Positions 21,823 through 32,776 of a stretch of 64,000 nucleotides of DNA are shown in pieces. Position numbers and translations under genes: made by a program. The stretch covers positions 1 through 64,000 of the forward strand of contig CAWEXU010000004.1 in assembly GCA_963813075.1 (NCBI GenBank), given 5' to 3'. Below the pieces are notes generated by a model. That model worked only from the letters and a program-made list of their open reading frames with translations. It was not told the origin of the DNA and did not search any database. Each line of letters begins with the position of its first letter. Within the stretch, counting starts at the first letter, position 1. This DNA comes from Methanotrichaceae archaeon. GTDB taxonomy: Archaea; Halobacteriota; Methanosarcinia; Methanotrichales; Methanotrichaceae.

Positions 21823-23352
21823 TTACAGGCCCAGGGCCTCGGAGATGGTCGCCGCCAGCCCCTCATCGATCTGGGCAATGATATTGTCTATGGCCCGCCT
21901 CTGAATCTCCGGCTTGGTCACACCCTTGAGGTCGGCCACGAAGTTTCCGGCCAGATGCTCCTTCTCAGTCTCATTCATGGCCAAATATCGCTCCCTTGCC
22001 TGGGAGAAGTCATCGGTCTTGTAGATCCTCTCCCGGGTGATATTACCCTCGACATAGGGCTCATAGGGAACGCCTTCCTCAGTTGCAGAAACCAGACCGC
22101 CCTGGCTGCTGGGGGCGAAGTTGACCGTTCCATTGAATATATTGGTCTGCATGGCCCCATCCCGCTGATTGTTGGCAACTGTAGCCAGCGGCCTGTTTGT
22201 GGGCAGATCTTTGAAGTTGGCTCCCAGACGGTAGCGCTGGGTGTCTGAATATGAGAACGACCTTCCCTGCAGCATCTTGTCCGCTGAGAGCTCAATTCCT
22301 GGAACCAGGTTTGCCGGACAGAATGCCGCCTGCTCCACCTGAGTGAAGTAGTTATCCGGATTTCTGTCCAGCACCATCTTGCCCACGGGCATTAGCGGGA
22401 ACTGGTCCTCAGGCCAGGTCTTGGTGTCATCCAGGGGATCGAAGGTCTGATTCAGCTCCTCGGAGATGTTCATCATCTGCACATAAAGCTCGTACTCGAC
22501 AAACTCCCCCCGCTCTATGGCATCATAGAGATCTCGTGTCAGGTAATCAGGATCCTCGCCTGCGATTCTGTAGGCATTCTGGTGGTCGAAGTTCTGCACC
22601 CCCAGTTTTGGCTTCCAGTGGTATTTGACATAGATCGCCTGGCCGTCCGCGTTCACCCAAACGTAGGTGTTCACTCCGAAGCCCTCCATCATCCTGAAGC
22701 TGGCCGGGGTTCCCCGATCGGAGAACACCCAGGTGAGCATGTGGGTTGACTCCGGGGTTTGAGAGATGAAATCCCAGAAGTTGTTGTGGCCGGTAGAGGA
22801 GGATGGTATGTTGTTATGCGGCTCGGCTTTCACCGCATGGACAAGATCCGGAAACTTGATGGCATCCCGGATGAAGAAGACGGGCAGGTCGTTGCCCACT
22901 ATATCGTAGTTGCCCTCCTCGGTATAGAACTTGGTGGCAAAGCCGCGCACATCCCTCACCGTGTCCGCAGATCCTCTACCACCGGCAACAGTGGAGAAGC
23001 GGACGAATACCGGTGTCTTTTTGTCCGGGTCCTGAAGGAAATTGGCCTTGGTGTAGTTGGTCATGGGCTCATAGACCTGGAAGTAGCCGAATGCACCCGC
23101 CCCCTTGGCATGGACCACCCTCTCCGGAATCCGCTCCCGATCGAAGTTGGCCATCTTATCGATGAATTCGATGTCCTGCAAAAGAGTCGGACCGCGCTCC
23201 CCGACGGTCAGGGAGTTGTCGTTATCGAAAACGGGATGACCCAGGCTGGTGGTCAAAACGGACGAAGATGCATTGGATACGCCATCATCGTCTGCGCCTG
23301 GTGCCAGCGGGATCATCGCGACTATTAGCATAAACAATAATATAGTTTTCAT
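21823..23352 (-). CDS. kat: Monofunctional heme catalase with N-terminal signal peptide
   Basis: FDRERIPERVVHAKG, RFSTV, GRSFSYSDTQRYRLG motifs. Confidence 0.95.
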   Translation of the reverse strand: MKTILLFMLIVAMIPLAPGADDDGVSNASSSVLTTSLGHPVFDNDNSLTVGERGPTLLQDIEFIDKMANFDRERIPERVVHAKGAGAFGYFQVYEPMTNYTKANFLQDPDKKTPVFVRFSTVAGGRGSADTVRDVRGFATKFYTEEGNYDIVGNDLPVFFIRDAIKFPDLVHAVKAEPHNNIPSSSTGHNNFWDFISQTPESTHMLTWVFSDRGTPASFRMMEGFGVNTYVWVNADGQAIYVKYHWKPKLGVQNFDHQNAYRIAGEDPDYLTRDLYDAIERGEFVEYELYVQMMNISEELNQTFDPLDDTKTWPEDQFPLMPVGKMVLDRNPDNYFTQVEQAAFCPANLVPGIELSADKMLQGRSFSYSDTQRYRLGANFKDLPTNRPLATVANNQRDGAMQTNIFNGTVNFAPSSQGGLVSATEEGVPYEPYVEGNITRERIYKTDDFSQARERYLAMNETEKEHLAGNFVADLKGVTKPEIQRRAIDNIIAQIDEGLAATISEALGL

Positions 23353-23965
23353 ATTTTAACCTCTTTTTTTTACCTGAAGTATCAACAAACTATTTCTGTT
23401 GCACCGGTTAATTATCCAGAGCATGTACAGGTTATCCACATGCTCAACTGTATGCAAATTGTTGCCTGATTTAATTAGCTAACCACCTACATCCATCACC
23501 CCTTGAGACCCTTTAATTCCGATATGCTCTTGCTTTTATTTGGTTATGCGATCCTCCTTTTTGGATGATGAAAAGGACGAATTTTCATCTATCAATCTAT
23601 TTCTAATAGGATATTATAGTATAAAAAGATATTTGCACTTATAATTAAAATTATTTAAGATTTGCAGCTGCCGGTAAAGGAGGCTGTCGCTATGCCTGTC
23701 GCTATATATCACCGGGATCGTCGTCCTCTGTGCGCTCTCTGACTCTGTGGTTTTATTGCCGTATACCACGCATCCAGCGATCCGATCAGTCTTCTCAAAT
23801 TTCGATAAGACGGAACTGAGGAGTTTGATGGATCGAAGGATAGATCCACTCCATTATTTGTATGCATCTGCATATCCTTATGCATCCAGAGGGAGGGCAT
23901 AGTCGGCACAGATATTTATCGTGTAAAGAACATATTGTACCTGGCATTTGGGAGCGTGGTATATT

Positions 23966-26218
23966 ATGGTGGCTGATCCGGGCAAGTGGCTTTTGAAATT
24001 TTCTGATAAGGGAGGTGGCCGCCCCTGGGGAGACGAGACCTGCATGGCCAGGCGGCAGGGCGAGAGAGAGCCCTGGGATGAAAACTGCCGTGTAACTCCA
24101 TTGATTGGCGGATACGAGGGGATGTCATCAATAAGAGAATCCCTGGAGGCAGCAATTGACCAGGCCAAGCAAGGCAAGAAAGGGCACGTCTATATCGCAA
24201 ACTGGCGGCTTAATCCCTTGAGAGACCTATCGGAAGACAATCCCTGGATTGTCCAGAACCGTCCCTGGAATGAGAGCGATTCTGCATTGAAGGATCAGAC
24301 CATAATCGGATTGATCCTCCGTCTCATGCAGTCGGGAATCATTGTCAGGATACTATTGTGGATGCCGATGAAGGCCTCGATAATTACAGGGCTCGGCCCG
24401 CATATGAGCGATCACAATTACATAGCCGATACCGTCAGCAAAGAAAGCGAAAGGCTGAGCCGGGAGGATCCCAGTGCAATAGATCGTGGCATTGTGGCTC
24501 TGGATATGAGGGTGGCACCACCAGTAACCTCTACTCATCACCAGAAGATGATGGTGATTCGGGTGGGCAACATAAACGTGGCTTATTGCGGGAGCATGGA
24601 TCTGGCATTCACCAGGATGGACGCTCCAGACCCTCTGCATCAGTACAAATTCGATTCAAAGGCTTCGCTGGATGATCTGGTCGATCTTGCAGGATCAAAT
24701 CCGCCTCAGTTCCTGGGAGGAGACTGGCAATCAGGAGAAATGCTCTCAGAGGCAATTGCGGTCGGAAACGGCACATATCACTGGCCGAGGGGACCGGAGG
24801 CTATCTATGATGCGCTGAAAGATGTAACGGGACTCTCTGTTCCGGAACCGGATCTGCCGGGTGAGGTCTACGGAAGTGAATATCAAATCTGGCATGATCA
24901 GCAACTGAAGCTTGAGGGGCCGATCGTCAAGACTTTAGAAGAGCAGTTTGCGGAGAGATGGCAGGATGGAGGGAGAGTCTATGAGAAAGGGTTTTGGGGC
25001 AGTTTGCATCTGCAAAACAGTCAGGTCATCTTCAGCTCAAACACTGCCATCAAAGACGGTATGGTATTGCCTCTGCCCCTCCCCGCGGAGTCTGATCAAA
25101 AGCAGCAATATGCGGGCTCGTCTATAGTGCAGATGTGGCGTACCATTCCCCTCCGCCCGGAGCGCAACAAGCCTCCTTTTTTGAGAGGGGAGTTTACCAT
25201 CATGGCAGGAATATCCAATGCCTGCCAGGCGGCAGAGGAATTGATCTGGATCTTTGATCAATACTTCTTCAGCAGACCGCTGGCCAGATTGCTCAACCAC
25301 AGGATCAAGAGCGATAAAGAAAAAAAACTCTGTGTAATTCTGATTCTTCCGCCCTATGCCGATGAGCACGACCTTGAGGAGCACCATGCAAGAAAGATGG
25401 CCCTCGACGACCTGACTGAGGGCCTCTCGGAAGATGAGCATAAGGGCAGATTCGAGCGGGTGGCTGTTTACGACCTGTGGCACCCCTCGCGAGTTCCGGG
25501 AGGCATCTACTGTCACGCCAAGGTTCAGATGTATGATCATAGCCTGCTGGTCTGTGGTTCTGCTAATCTGAACCGCCGATCCTTTACCTGCGACACTGAG
25601 CTTGATTGCGCAGTCCTTGATGACGACCTGGTTGTAAAGCACTACCGCAGGCTGTGGAGGGTCCTCTTTCCGGATGTCGCCTGGCCGGAGCATATCGACT
25701 TTTCTGACGGGAAAGGCGGTTGGGGAAAGCAGTTCTTTGATGCCTTCAAGAATGCCGCCAGCTCTGAAAGTTCATTCCTGATACCGGATCCCTGGTGGAA
25801 TTCCACGGTTCAGATAAATCCAGTCAATACCAATGGCAAGACTACTGCGGAGATAGAGATAAAGCCGCCGAGGCTCCCTGCAAACCCCGCCGAGGCAAGG
25901 AAAGGACCGGAGAGCTGGACGGGAGTCAAAAGAGAGCAGGACTTCAAAGATGATTATCTGGAGGGTGCAAGGACTGCTCTGAACAACCCAGATCTGCAGC
26001 TGGGGGATATCCAGTGGTCGCTTGGGAGTGACGTTCTGGCAAAGATCAAGGATGATCTAATGGATCCAAGCTCTATCAATGTGAAATTGGAGTCTGAGAT
26101 CTGCCCTGATTCAATCAATGCCGATGGAGACCCAGGGGCTCCAGGGAGGCTGGACCAGATAGTGTTTCTCATTGAGAACTGCGGCCAGGGAGACAATTGG
26201 CCTTATAGGGTGGCATGA
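23966..26218 (+). CDS. Phospholipase D superfamily protein
   Basis: HHQKMMVI...AYCGSMDL and YCHAKVQMYD...GSANLNRRS motifs; WHD motif. Confidence 0.85.
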   Translation: MVADPGKWLLKFSDKGGGRPWGDETCMARRQGEREPWDENCRVTPLIGGYEGMSSIRESLEAAIDQAKQGKKGHVYIANWRLNPLRDLSEDNPWIVQNRPWNESDSALKDQTIIGLILRLMQSGIIVRILLWMPMKASIITGLGPHMSDHNYIADTVSKESERLSREDPSAIDRGIVALDMRVAPPVTSTHHQKMMVIRVGNINVAYCGSMDLAFTRMDAPDPLHQYKFDSKASLDDLVDLAGSNPPQFLGGDWQSGEMLSEAIAVGNGTYHWPRGPEAIYDALKDVTGLSVPEPDLPGEVYGSEYQIWHDQQLKLEGPIVKTLEEQFAERWQDGGRVYEKGFWGSLHLQNSQVIFSSNTAIKDGMVLPLPLPAESDQKQQYAGSSIVQMWRTIPLRPERNKPPFLRGEFTIMAGISNACQAAEELIWIFDQYFFSRPLARLLNHRIKSDKEKKLCVILILPPYADEHDLEEHHARKMALDDLTEGLSEDEHKGRFERVAVYDLWHPSRVPGGIYCHAKVQMYDHSLLVCGSANLNRRSFTCDTELDCAVLDDDLVVKHYRRLWRVLFPDVAWPEHIDFSDGKGGWGKQFFDAFKNAASSESSFLIPDPWWNSTVQINPVNTNGKTTAEIEIKPPRLPANPAEARKGPESWTGVKREQDFKDDYLEGARTALNNPDLQLGDIQWSLGSDVLAKIKDDLMDPSSINVKLESEICPDSINADGDPGAPGRLDQIVFLIENCGQGDNWPYRVA

Positions 26219-26307
26219 GAGACTTGAAAAGGGATAAAGAAAGGAATCTTTGAAGACCGTATGCAATGGAGAAAAGATGGGGCACTAAAAGATAGATCAA
26301 TTTCTCT

Positions 26308-26544
26308 TCAATCCGAAAGCCAGAACTCTTGAGGCCACTGGCCATGTTCTTCAGAATCGATAGACCCAGTATCCTCAGCTTCGAAGCGGCACCGGATCAT
26401 CTCATCGACCTCCGAGAGCCTGATCCCGAAGACCTCGGCCAGGATCTCTTTGGCGGCTACAAGCTCGATAGCCTTCAGATCATGGTGCACGGCATTTTTT
26501 TGTGGCCTGATTAGCTCACCCAACACTATTGCCATGATATGCAT
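26308..26544 (-). CDS. Small hypothetical protein
   Basis: 78 aa ORF, AKEILAEVFGIRLSEVDEMI helical pattern. Confidence 0.55.
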   Translation of the reverse strand: MHIMAIVLGELIRPQKNAVHHDLKAIELVAAKEILAEVFGIRLSEVDEMIRCRFEAEDTGSIDSEEHGQWPQEFWLSD

Positions 26545-26854
26545 ATACTACGTGCAAGCTTAAGTACTTTTACCAGAAATCAATATCAATAAACCATTTT
26601 TACATAATAGAAAGTATGAATAAGATACAAATGATAAGATGATGATAGTTCAACAATTTCTCATGCATTCGATCAGCCTCATCTTGCGAGATGGATAAAA
26701 GATAAAAGAAAATTGTGGGCCACTATCCACCAGGGATACCGGCCACTTTTGCCTGTTCAGGAATCTCAAACCCGCGGCATTACAGAACTTATGCAATCAG
26801 AGCTATTGTTAGCGATATCAATCCTCAATATCACAATATCTCAGTTTCAGCCTC

Positions 26855-27286
26855 TCAGGCCCCGCCCAGGAAATCCTTGCTCATTTCCTTACCCTTCTCG
26901 GTTTGGGCATACTCTTCTCGGACGGAGTCCGGCAGGGAGTTAATATCATTAGTAACATATTTTTTCGTGGCGTCAATCTCATGCACTATGCCCTTGCTTG
27001 AGGTATTATTTTCCACATAATAAGGTGTCAGCGTCTCTACACTAACTACGATCTTTTCCCGGAGCAGAGCAGTCTCATTCCTGAAGTTGGTCATAACCCA
27101 GGCATTCCACTGGTCAACCAGAGAATTGTAGGCGGTGACATTCTCCCCGCGAACTGCTTTCTCATAGGCTGTGCCAAGTTCAAATGACAGCTGAAGGCCA
27201 TTCACTGTGGCCTGTTCTTCAGGAGTTAATGCTGCGGCCAAAGATACTGCCGCCAGGAGGCTTACTAGTAGCATTACAGTCTTCAT
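26855..27286 (-). CDS. Secreted hypothetical protein
   Basis: Signal peptide MKTVMLLVSLLAAVSLAAA; N-x-T/S sequons. Confidence 0.75.
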   Translation of the reverse strand: MKTVMLLVSLLAAVSLAAALTPEEQATVNGLQLSFELGTAYEKAVRGENVTAYNSLVDQWNAWVMTNFRNETALLREKIVVSVETLTPYYVENNTSSKGIVHEIDATKKYVTNDINSLPDSVREEYAQTEKGKEMSKDFLGGA

Positions 27287-27418
27287 AAAAGCAGTAACTA
27301 TTCGGGGGATTATAAATAATCCATGCTCTCGAACTGAATCCTTATCCTACCCATTCATTCCTTCCTGTTGGCCGGCAAAGGTTTTATAGGGCAGAGAACA
27401 TTGAATAAAGTATGACAC

Positions 27419-28975
27419 ATGAAAGCTCTGTGGGGAATCGTCTTCTACGACGTTCATTCGCTTGTTAACGAAAAAGTGCACATTTTTGACACCACCCTTC
27501 GCGATGGAGAACAGACTCCAGGCGTCTCTCTCACCACGGATGAGAAGATCCAGATCGCCCGTCAGCTTGACAAACTCGGTGTGAATGTTATCGAGGCCGG
27601 TTTTCCCGTATCCTCAAAGGGCGAGTTTGACAGCGTCCGCCAGATCGCCCGATCCGGTCTGGAGGCTCAGGTCTGCGGCCTCTCCCGCATAGTGAAAAAG
27701 GACGCTCAGGCCTGCCTTGACGCTGAAGTGGACCTGGTCCATGTCTTTAGTCCCACCTCCGATATTCAGATCGCTCATACCATCAAGATGAGCCACGACG
27801 AGATCGTGGAGGAGGCGATGAGGACAGTGGAGCTTGTGAAGGATAACGGACGGACCTGCCTCTTCTCGGCCATGGATGCCACCCGCACCTCGCCGGAGTT
27901 CCTGCACCGCATATTCAAAGCGGTGGAGGAAGCACACTGCGACATCATAAATATACCTGATACGGTGGGCGTGGCCGTCCCCTCCTCATTCTACCGGCTG
28001 GTTAGGGACATCTGCGATGATGTCCATATGGTAGTGGATGTCCACTGCCATAACGACTTCGGCCTGGCGGTGGCCAACAGCCTGGCAGCGGTGGAAGCGG
28101 GGGCAAGGGAGGTCCAGGTCTGCGTTAACGGCCTGGGAGAGAGGGCGGGCAACGCCAACCTGGCGGAGGTGGCGATGAGCCTGCACTCCATCTACAATGC
28201 TAAGACCAGCATTAAGACCGAGTACCTGGTGGAGACCGCCAGGATGGTCGAGCGGCTCACCAAGGTAAAGATACCCATAACCGCCCCGATTGTGGGAGAG
28301 AACGCCTTCTCCCACGAGTCCGGGATTCACAGCCACGGGGTCATCGAGGACAGCAAGACATTCGAGCCCGGCATAATGACCCCGGAGATGGTGGGCCACA
28401 AGAGGAGGATAGTCCTGGGCAAGCATACCGGGAAGCATGCTGTGGCCAAAGTCCTGGAGGATGCGGGCTACCGGCCATCGAATGAGCAGCTCCAGGAGAT
28501 CCTGGAGAGGGTCAAGGAGCTGGGCGACAAGGGCAAGCAGGTCGGGAACATCGATCTTCAGACCATAGCCGATGTCGTGATCGGAGATGTGGCCAAAGAC
28601 AGCCAGGCAGTGGTGCTCATGGAGGTCTCGGTGATGACCGGGAACATCATCACTCCTACCGCTACGGTTAAAGCCATGGTCCGGGGAAAGGAGAAGGTCC
28701 TGGCCAATACCGGGGTGGGCCCGGTGGACGCAGCGGTCAATGCCGTGCAGGGACTCCTGGATAGCGATACATCTATCCACCTGTGCGACTTCCGGATCGA
28801 GGCCATATCCGGCGGTGCCGATGCCCTGGCTGAGGTGGTGATCGGGGTGGAGGATGACCGGGGCAGGAAAGTTAGCGCCCGCTCGGCGCGAGAGGATATC
28901 GTCATGGCCTCGGTGGAGGCATTAGTTAGCGCTATCAACAGATTGATGCTCCTGGAGGATAACGCTCTTCGTTGA
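27419..28975 (+). CDS. leuA: 2-isopropylmalate synthase / citramalate synthase family
   Basis: [26 protein letters not shown] and C-terminal regulatory domain; leuA versus cimA not resolvable here. Confidence 0.85.
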   Translation: MKALWGIVFYDVHSLVNEKVHIFDTTLRDGEQTPGVSLTTDEKIQIARQLDKLGVNVIEAGFPVSSKGEFDSVRQIARSGLEAQVCGLSRIVKKDAQACLDAEVDLVHVFSPTSDIQIAHTIKMSHDEIVEEAMRTVELVKDNGRTCLFSAMDATRTSPEFLHRIFKAVEEAHCDIINIPDTVGVAVPSSFYRLVRDICDDVHMVVDVHCHNDFGLAVANSLAAVEAGAREVQVCVNGLGERAGNANLAEVAMSLHSIYNAKTSIKTEYLVETARMVERLTKVKIPITAPIVGENAFSHESGIHSHGVIEDSKTFEPGIMTPEMVGHKRRIVLGKHTGKHAVAKVLEDAGYRPSNEQLQEILERVKELGDKGKQVGNIDLQTIADVVIGDVAKDSQAVVLMEVSVMTGNIITPTATVKAMVRGKEKVLANTGVGPVDAAVNAVQGLLDSDTSIHLCDFRIEAISGGADALAEVVIGVEDDRGRKVSARSAREDIVMASVEALVSAINRLMLLEDNALR

Positions 28976-28990
28976 ATCAATGAAAGGGAT

Positions 28991-29821
28991 GTGCAGAGAA
29001 GTATGCCGGGAACTATGCAAGGAAACGTACAGGGGAACGTACATGGAAACGTACAGAAGCCAATAGTCGAGGTAATCGACTCGCATTGTCACCTGGATTT
29101 CAAGCATTTCAATAAAGATCGGGATGCTGTGATCGAGAACGCCCGGAAGGCGGGAGTGGTCCGGATGATAAACTCCGGCGTGGACTACTCCACCAACAGC
29201 AAGTCCCTGGAGCTGGCGAGGAATTTCGACTTCATCTCTGCTACCCTGGGCCTCAGCCCGAACTCAATTGACGGGAAGAACGATCCAGAGATCAAGATGC
29301 TCTTAGACCAGATCGAGGAGAATGCCAGCCAGGCGGTGGGGATAGGCGAAGCGGGCCTGGATTACTACCACTGCAGGGATACTCACGTCAGAGAAAAGCA
29401 GGCGGAGATCTTCAAAAAGGTCATCGCCATAGCCGAGTCTCTGAACCTGCCTTTGGTCATCCATTCTCGGGATGCAGAACAGCCTGCCCTGGACATGGTC
29501 AAGCACCTGGATAAAGTCGTTTTCCACTGCTACAGCGGGACTCTTCCCACTATGAAAGAGGCCCAGGATAGGGGATACTACATCTCTTTGGCCACTAACG
29601 TCTGCCGATCTGCACATCATCAGATCCTGGCCCGGAACGTCTCCCTCGATCACCTGCTGGTGGAGACGGACAGCCCATTCCTCTCCCCTCGCAAGGGAAG
29701 AAATGAGCCGGCAAACGTTCTGGATTCCGTCCGGCTGATCGCCAGGATAAAGGGACTGGAGCCGCAGGAGGTAGCAAAGCAGACGGCCGCGAATACCAAA
29801 CGAATTTATAACATCCGTTGA
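28991..29821 (+). CDS. tatD: TatD family deoxyribonuclease
   Basis: IDSHCHLD, GEAGLDY, IHSRDA, FHCYSG, ETDSPFL. Confidence 0.92.
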   Translation: MQRSMPGTMQGNVQGNVHGNVQKPIVEVIDSHCHLDFKHFNKDRDAVIENARKAGVVRMINSGVDYSTNSKSLELARNFDFISATLGLSPNSIDGKNDPEIKMLLDQIEENASQAVGIGEAGLDYYHCRDTHVREKQAEIFKKVIAIAESLNLPLVIHSRDAEQPALDMVKHLDKVVFHCYSGTLPTMKEAQDRGYYISLATNVCRSAHHQILARNVSLDHLLVETDSPFLSPRKGRNEPANVLDSVRLIARIKGLEPQEVAKQTAANTKRIYNIR

Positions 29822-29916
29822 AATGACCTTTAGTGTGGAGACGTCCTGAATTCAAGACGTCCTAAAGCATAGAATGAACTCGGGTTTCAAACCAATTCAG
29901 CAAGAAAAGGGTCAAC

Positions 29917-30411
29917 ATGGATCGGATGACTGTGCCTTTCGAGCATATAATGAAGTATCTGGGCTCGAGAAAGGAAAAGGGAAGAAAGCGGATAGGCCTC
30001 CTGGTGGATGGGCCCAATATGCTCAGAAAGGAGTTCCAGATGGACCTGGAGGAGATCAGGGACATCCTGAAGGACTACGGCGACATCAAGATGGGCAAGG
30101 TGTTCTTGAATCAGTATGCATCTGAGAAGCTGGTCGAGGCGGTGGAGAATCAGGGGTTCGAGCCGGTGATCTGCACCAGCGACGTGGATGTGAGGATGGC
30201 GGTGGAGGGCGTGGATATGATCTACAATCCGGTCATCGACACCCTGGCCCTGGTCACCCGCGATGCTGACCTGAAGCCGGTTCTAATGAAGGCCATGGAG
30301 CATGGCAAGGAGACCATCATCTTCGGGGCGGAGCCCGGATTTTCTGTGGCCCTGAGAAATTCGGCCGATTATGTGATAGTGCTGCGCGATGGCCAGTATG
30401 TTACCGAGTGA
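29917..30411 (+). CDS. NYN/LabA-DUF88 (TIGR00288-like) protein
   Basis: LVDGPNMLRKEF...DVDV...TRDAD. Confidence 0.88.
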   Translation: MDRMTVPFEHIMKYLGSRKEKGRKRIGLLVDGPNMLRKEFQMDLEEIRDILKDYGDIKMGKVFLNQYASEKLVEAVENQGFEPVICTSDVDVRMAVEGVDMIYNPVIDTLALVTRDADLKPVLMKAMEHGKETIIFGAEPGFSVALRNSADYVIVLRDGQYVTE

Positions 30412-30490
30412 AATATGATCCTGTGGAGAACGATCCTTGTTTCGCAGTGTTAGCATGATCCAGTCAAAGAGATATCCTGAGAGGTAGAAA

Positions 30491-31242
30491 GTGCATCTGC
30501 AATCGATTTTATATCCAGCCAAAGAGTCCGGCAGGAAGAGCTATCCCTGGCAGAAGGTGAACCGGCCCGGACTTTTCCTGGCACGGGCAGGCAGAAGAGA
30601 GGACTACAGAAATAGGGACGAATGGGGAGATCCGAATACGCCTGGCGCCAGCTGGCTGGATCGCATCGGAGGCCTGATGCCCGTATCCTATTCGGGCATT
30701 ATATTGTTGATCTGCATACTGGTGTTCTTCTTAAGGAGATCAGTATCGCCGCTGGATTTGTGGACAACTACCTGGTCCTCAATTCCAATTATTGTGGTCG
30801 AAAGGCCCTGGACGATTCTCACCCATATGTTCGTCCACTCCGATTTCAACCACCTATTCTTCAATATGCTCTTTCTCTTCTTCTTTGGCATGGAGCTGGA
30901 GAGGAGGGTAGGAGGGAGTAAGTTCCTGCAGATCTACATACTGTCCGGGATTGTGGCTGCCCTGGCCCAGATGGCGGTCACCAGCGGTTCATTGGTAGGG
31001 GCGAGCGGCGCTTATTCGGCGCTCTGGGATGTCTGGCCATAATCGCCCCAGAGATTCGGGTGCTCCTCTTCTTCGTGATACCGATGAGCATCCGCTGGGC
31101 AGTGGTGGTCTTTGCCCTGATCGACTTTACCTTCATGGACTCAGCGGACAACATTGCCCATATGGCCCATATCGCCGGGGTTTTTGTGGGGCTGGCCTTC
31201 GGGCTGATGATGAAAAATCAGCCCCAGTTTTATTATAGGTAG
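30491..31242 (+). CDS. Rhomboid intramembrane serine protease (frameshifted; start uncertain)
   Basis: HLFFNM, GASG, AHMAHIAG. Confidence 0.85.
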
Positions 31243-31311
31243 AGAGGCTGGGTAGGCAAACGCAGAAGAACCGGACTGGGTAAAGGGTATATAGCGACTA
31301 ATGCGGTCTGA

Positions 31312-31384
31312 GGGCTGCGATCGGGCGCAGCCCGAGCATGCATCTGCGGCTCGGCGAGGCGGGCAGACATGATGCCCAGCCTCG
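31312..31384 (+). ncRNA. Candidate small RNA (three consecutive hairpins)
   Basis: TATA-like ggtatata ~25 nt upstream, stems gggctgcg/cgcagccc, ccgagc/gctcgg, cgaggc-gggca/tgccc-gcctcg, T-rich end. Confidence 0.5.
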
Positions 31385-31404
31385 ATTTTATTCATCTTGC
31401 AAAA

Positions 31405-32280
31405 TCATGATGTCTGCTGTTGCTGGCTTTGTTGATTTGAATCCTCATCAGTCTCCTCTACCAGCTCGATCTCAAAGAGCCTGGGCCAGAGCTTTCCCGT
31501 CACGAAGAGCCGGTCATCTGACGGATCATAGGCAATGCCATTCAATACATCCACCCTGCCGGCCGGGGATGCCACCTTCTTCCAGGATCCCGGACAGATT
31601 TATCCTCCCGGTCACCTCGCCGGTATCCGGGGATATGATCGCGATCCAGCTGCTGGGCCAGAGGTTGGCATAGATCATGCCTTGATGTACTCCAGCTCGT
31701 TTATTCCCCTGACCGGCTCTCCACTGGCGGTGACCTTCAGGGTTCCCTGCAGGGAGTAGTTCTCTGGATCAAGAAAATAAAGGGTATCAGACCCGTCGCT
31801 CATGATCAGCCTGGTTTCATTGGATGTCAATCCCCAGCCCTCAGTCCGGTAGGTGAAGTCTCCTATTTGGCTCAGGTTATCCCTGTCCCAGACAAAGCCC
31901 TGGCGAGACTTCCAGGTGAGCTGGATGATCCTGTCCTCCCAGATGGCTATCCCCTCGGCAAAGAACTCATCCTCCAGATTGACAATCTCCAGAACCTCTC
32001 CCGTCTCGATCTTGACCCGGCGGAGGCTGGACTGGCCATACAGCCCTGTCCCCTCGTAGAATTCGCCCTGATAATAGACCAGACCCTGAGTGAAGGCAGA
32101 GGGGTCATGAGGATAGGAACCGACTATTCTGTAGCTGAAGGCCTCAATGGAACTGGAGCTGCTGCTGAACGAATCGAGATCGATCTGATCGGCACAGCTT
32201 AAGCATACGGTCATGGCCAAAGCCAGGAGAGCAAGAGGCCCAATAAAAGAGGCCTTTTTTAATAGCGATACTGCGGCCAT
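31405..32280 (-). CDS. Glutaminyl-peptide cyclotransferase (frameshifted)
   Basis: [33 protein letters not shown], then LNGIAYD...TGKLWP in shifted frames. Confidence 0.9.
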
Positions 32281-32378
32281 GATACGGGAGGCATTTGGGA
32301 ATGTTAGCTTATAGATCTTGCTCTGAGAAACTATTTAATGCCGGGCAGTCATCTGTAAGATCAAAGAGAAAGGTGAAG

Positions 32379-32753
32379 ATGATGAAGCATCCCGACCGCG
32401 TGTTCTCATTCAAGGAGCTTGAAGCTGAGGACGATCTGATAGAGGCCATGACAAACCACCATTGGCCTGTTTGCTACGGCTTTTATTACGGAAATCATCT
32501 CTATCTGGGCGATGGAGACACTGAGAACGATCCCGAATATGCAGTCACCACCGTGGACAAGACGGAGGGCCATCATGGGGTCCATGGCCGCGAAGTGGGC
32601 AGGATCCAGCCGAAGGGGATGTCCCAGGATCAGGTGCGCAAGTTCATCCAGGAGATTACGGAAGGCAACTACACTAGCGAGAATCCGGTTCAGATTCAGG
32701 TCGAGCCGATCTGGCATCACAGCTGCACCTTCTGCCGACTGGAAGAGGAATAA
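32379..32753 (+). CDS. Hypothetical protein (C-terminal HxCxxC)
   Basis: ORF with AGGTGA RBS. Confidence 0.7.
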   Translation: MMKHPDRVFSFKELEAEDDLIEAMTNHHWPVCYGFYYGNHLYLGDGDTENDPEYAVTTVDKTEGHHGVHGREVGRIQPKGMSQDQVRKFIQEITEGNYTSENPVQIQVEPIWHHSCTFCRLEEE

Positions 32754-32776
32754 AATCCCTCCGCTATAACCTCTTT

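Noticed and set aside
27412..27468. Leader peptide/attenuator upstream of leuA
   Set aside because: The short out-of-frame ORF ([18 protein letters not shown]) has only two Leu codons and no evident terminator structure.
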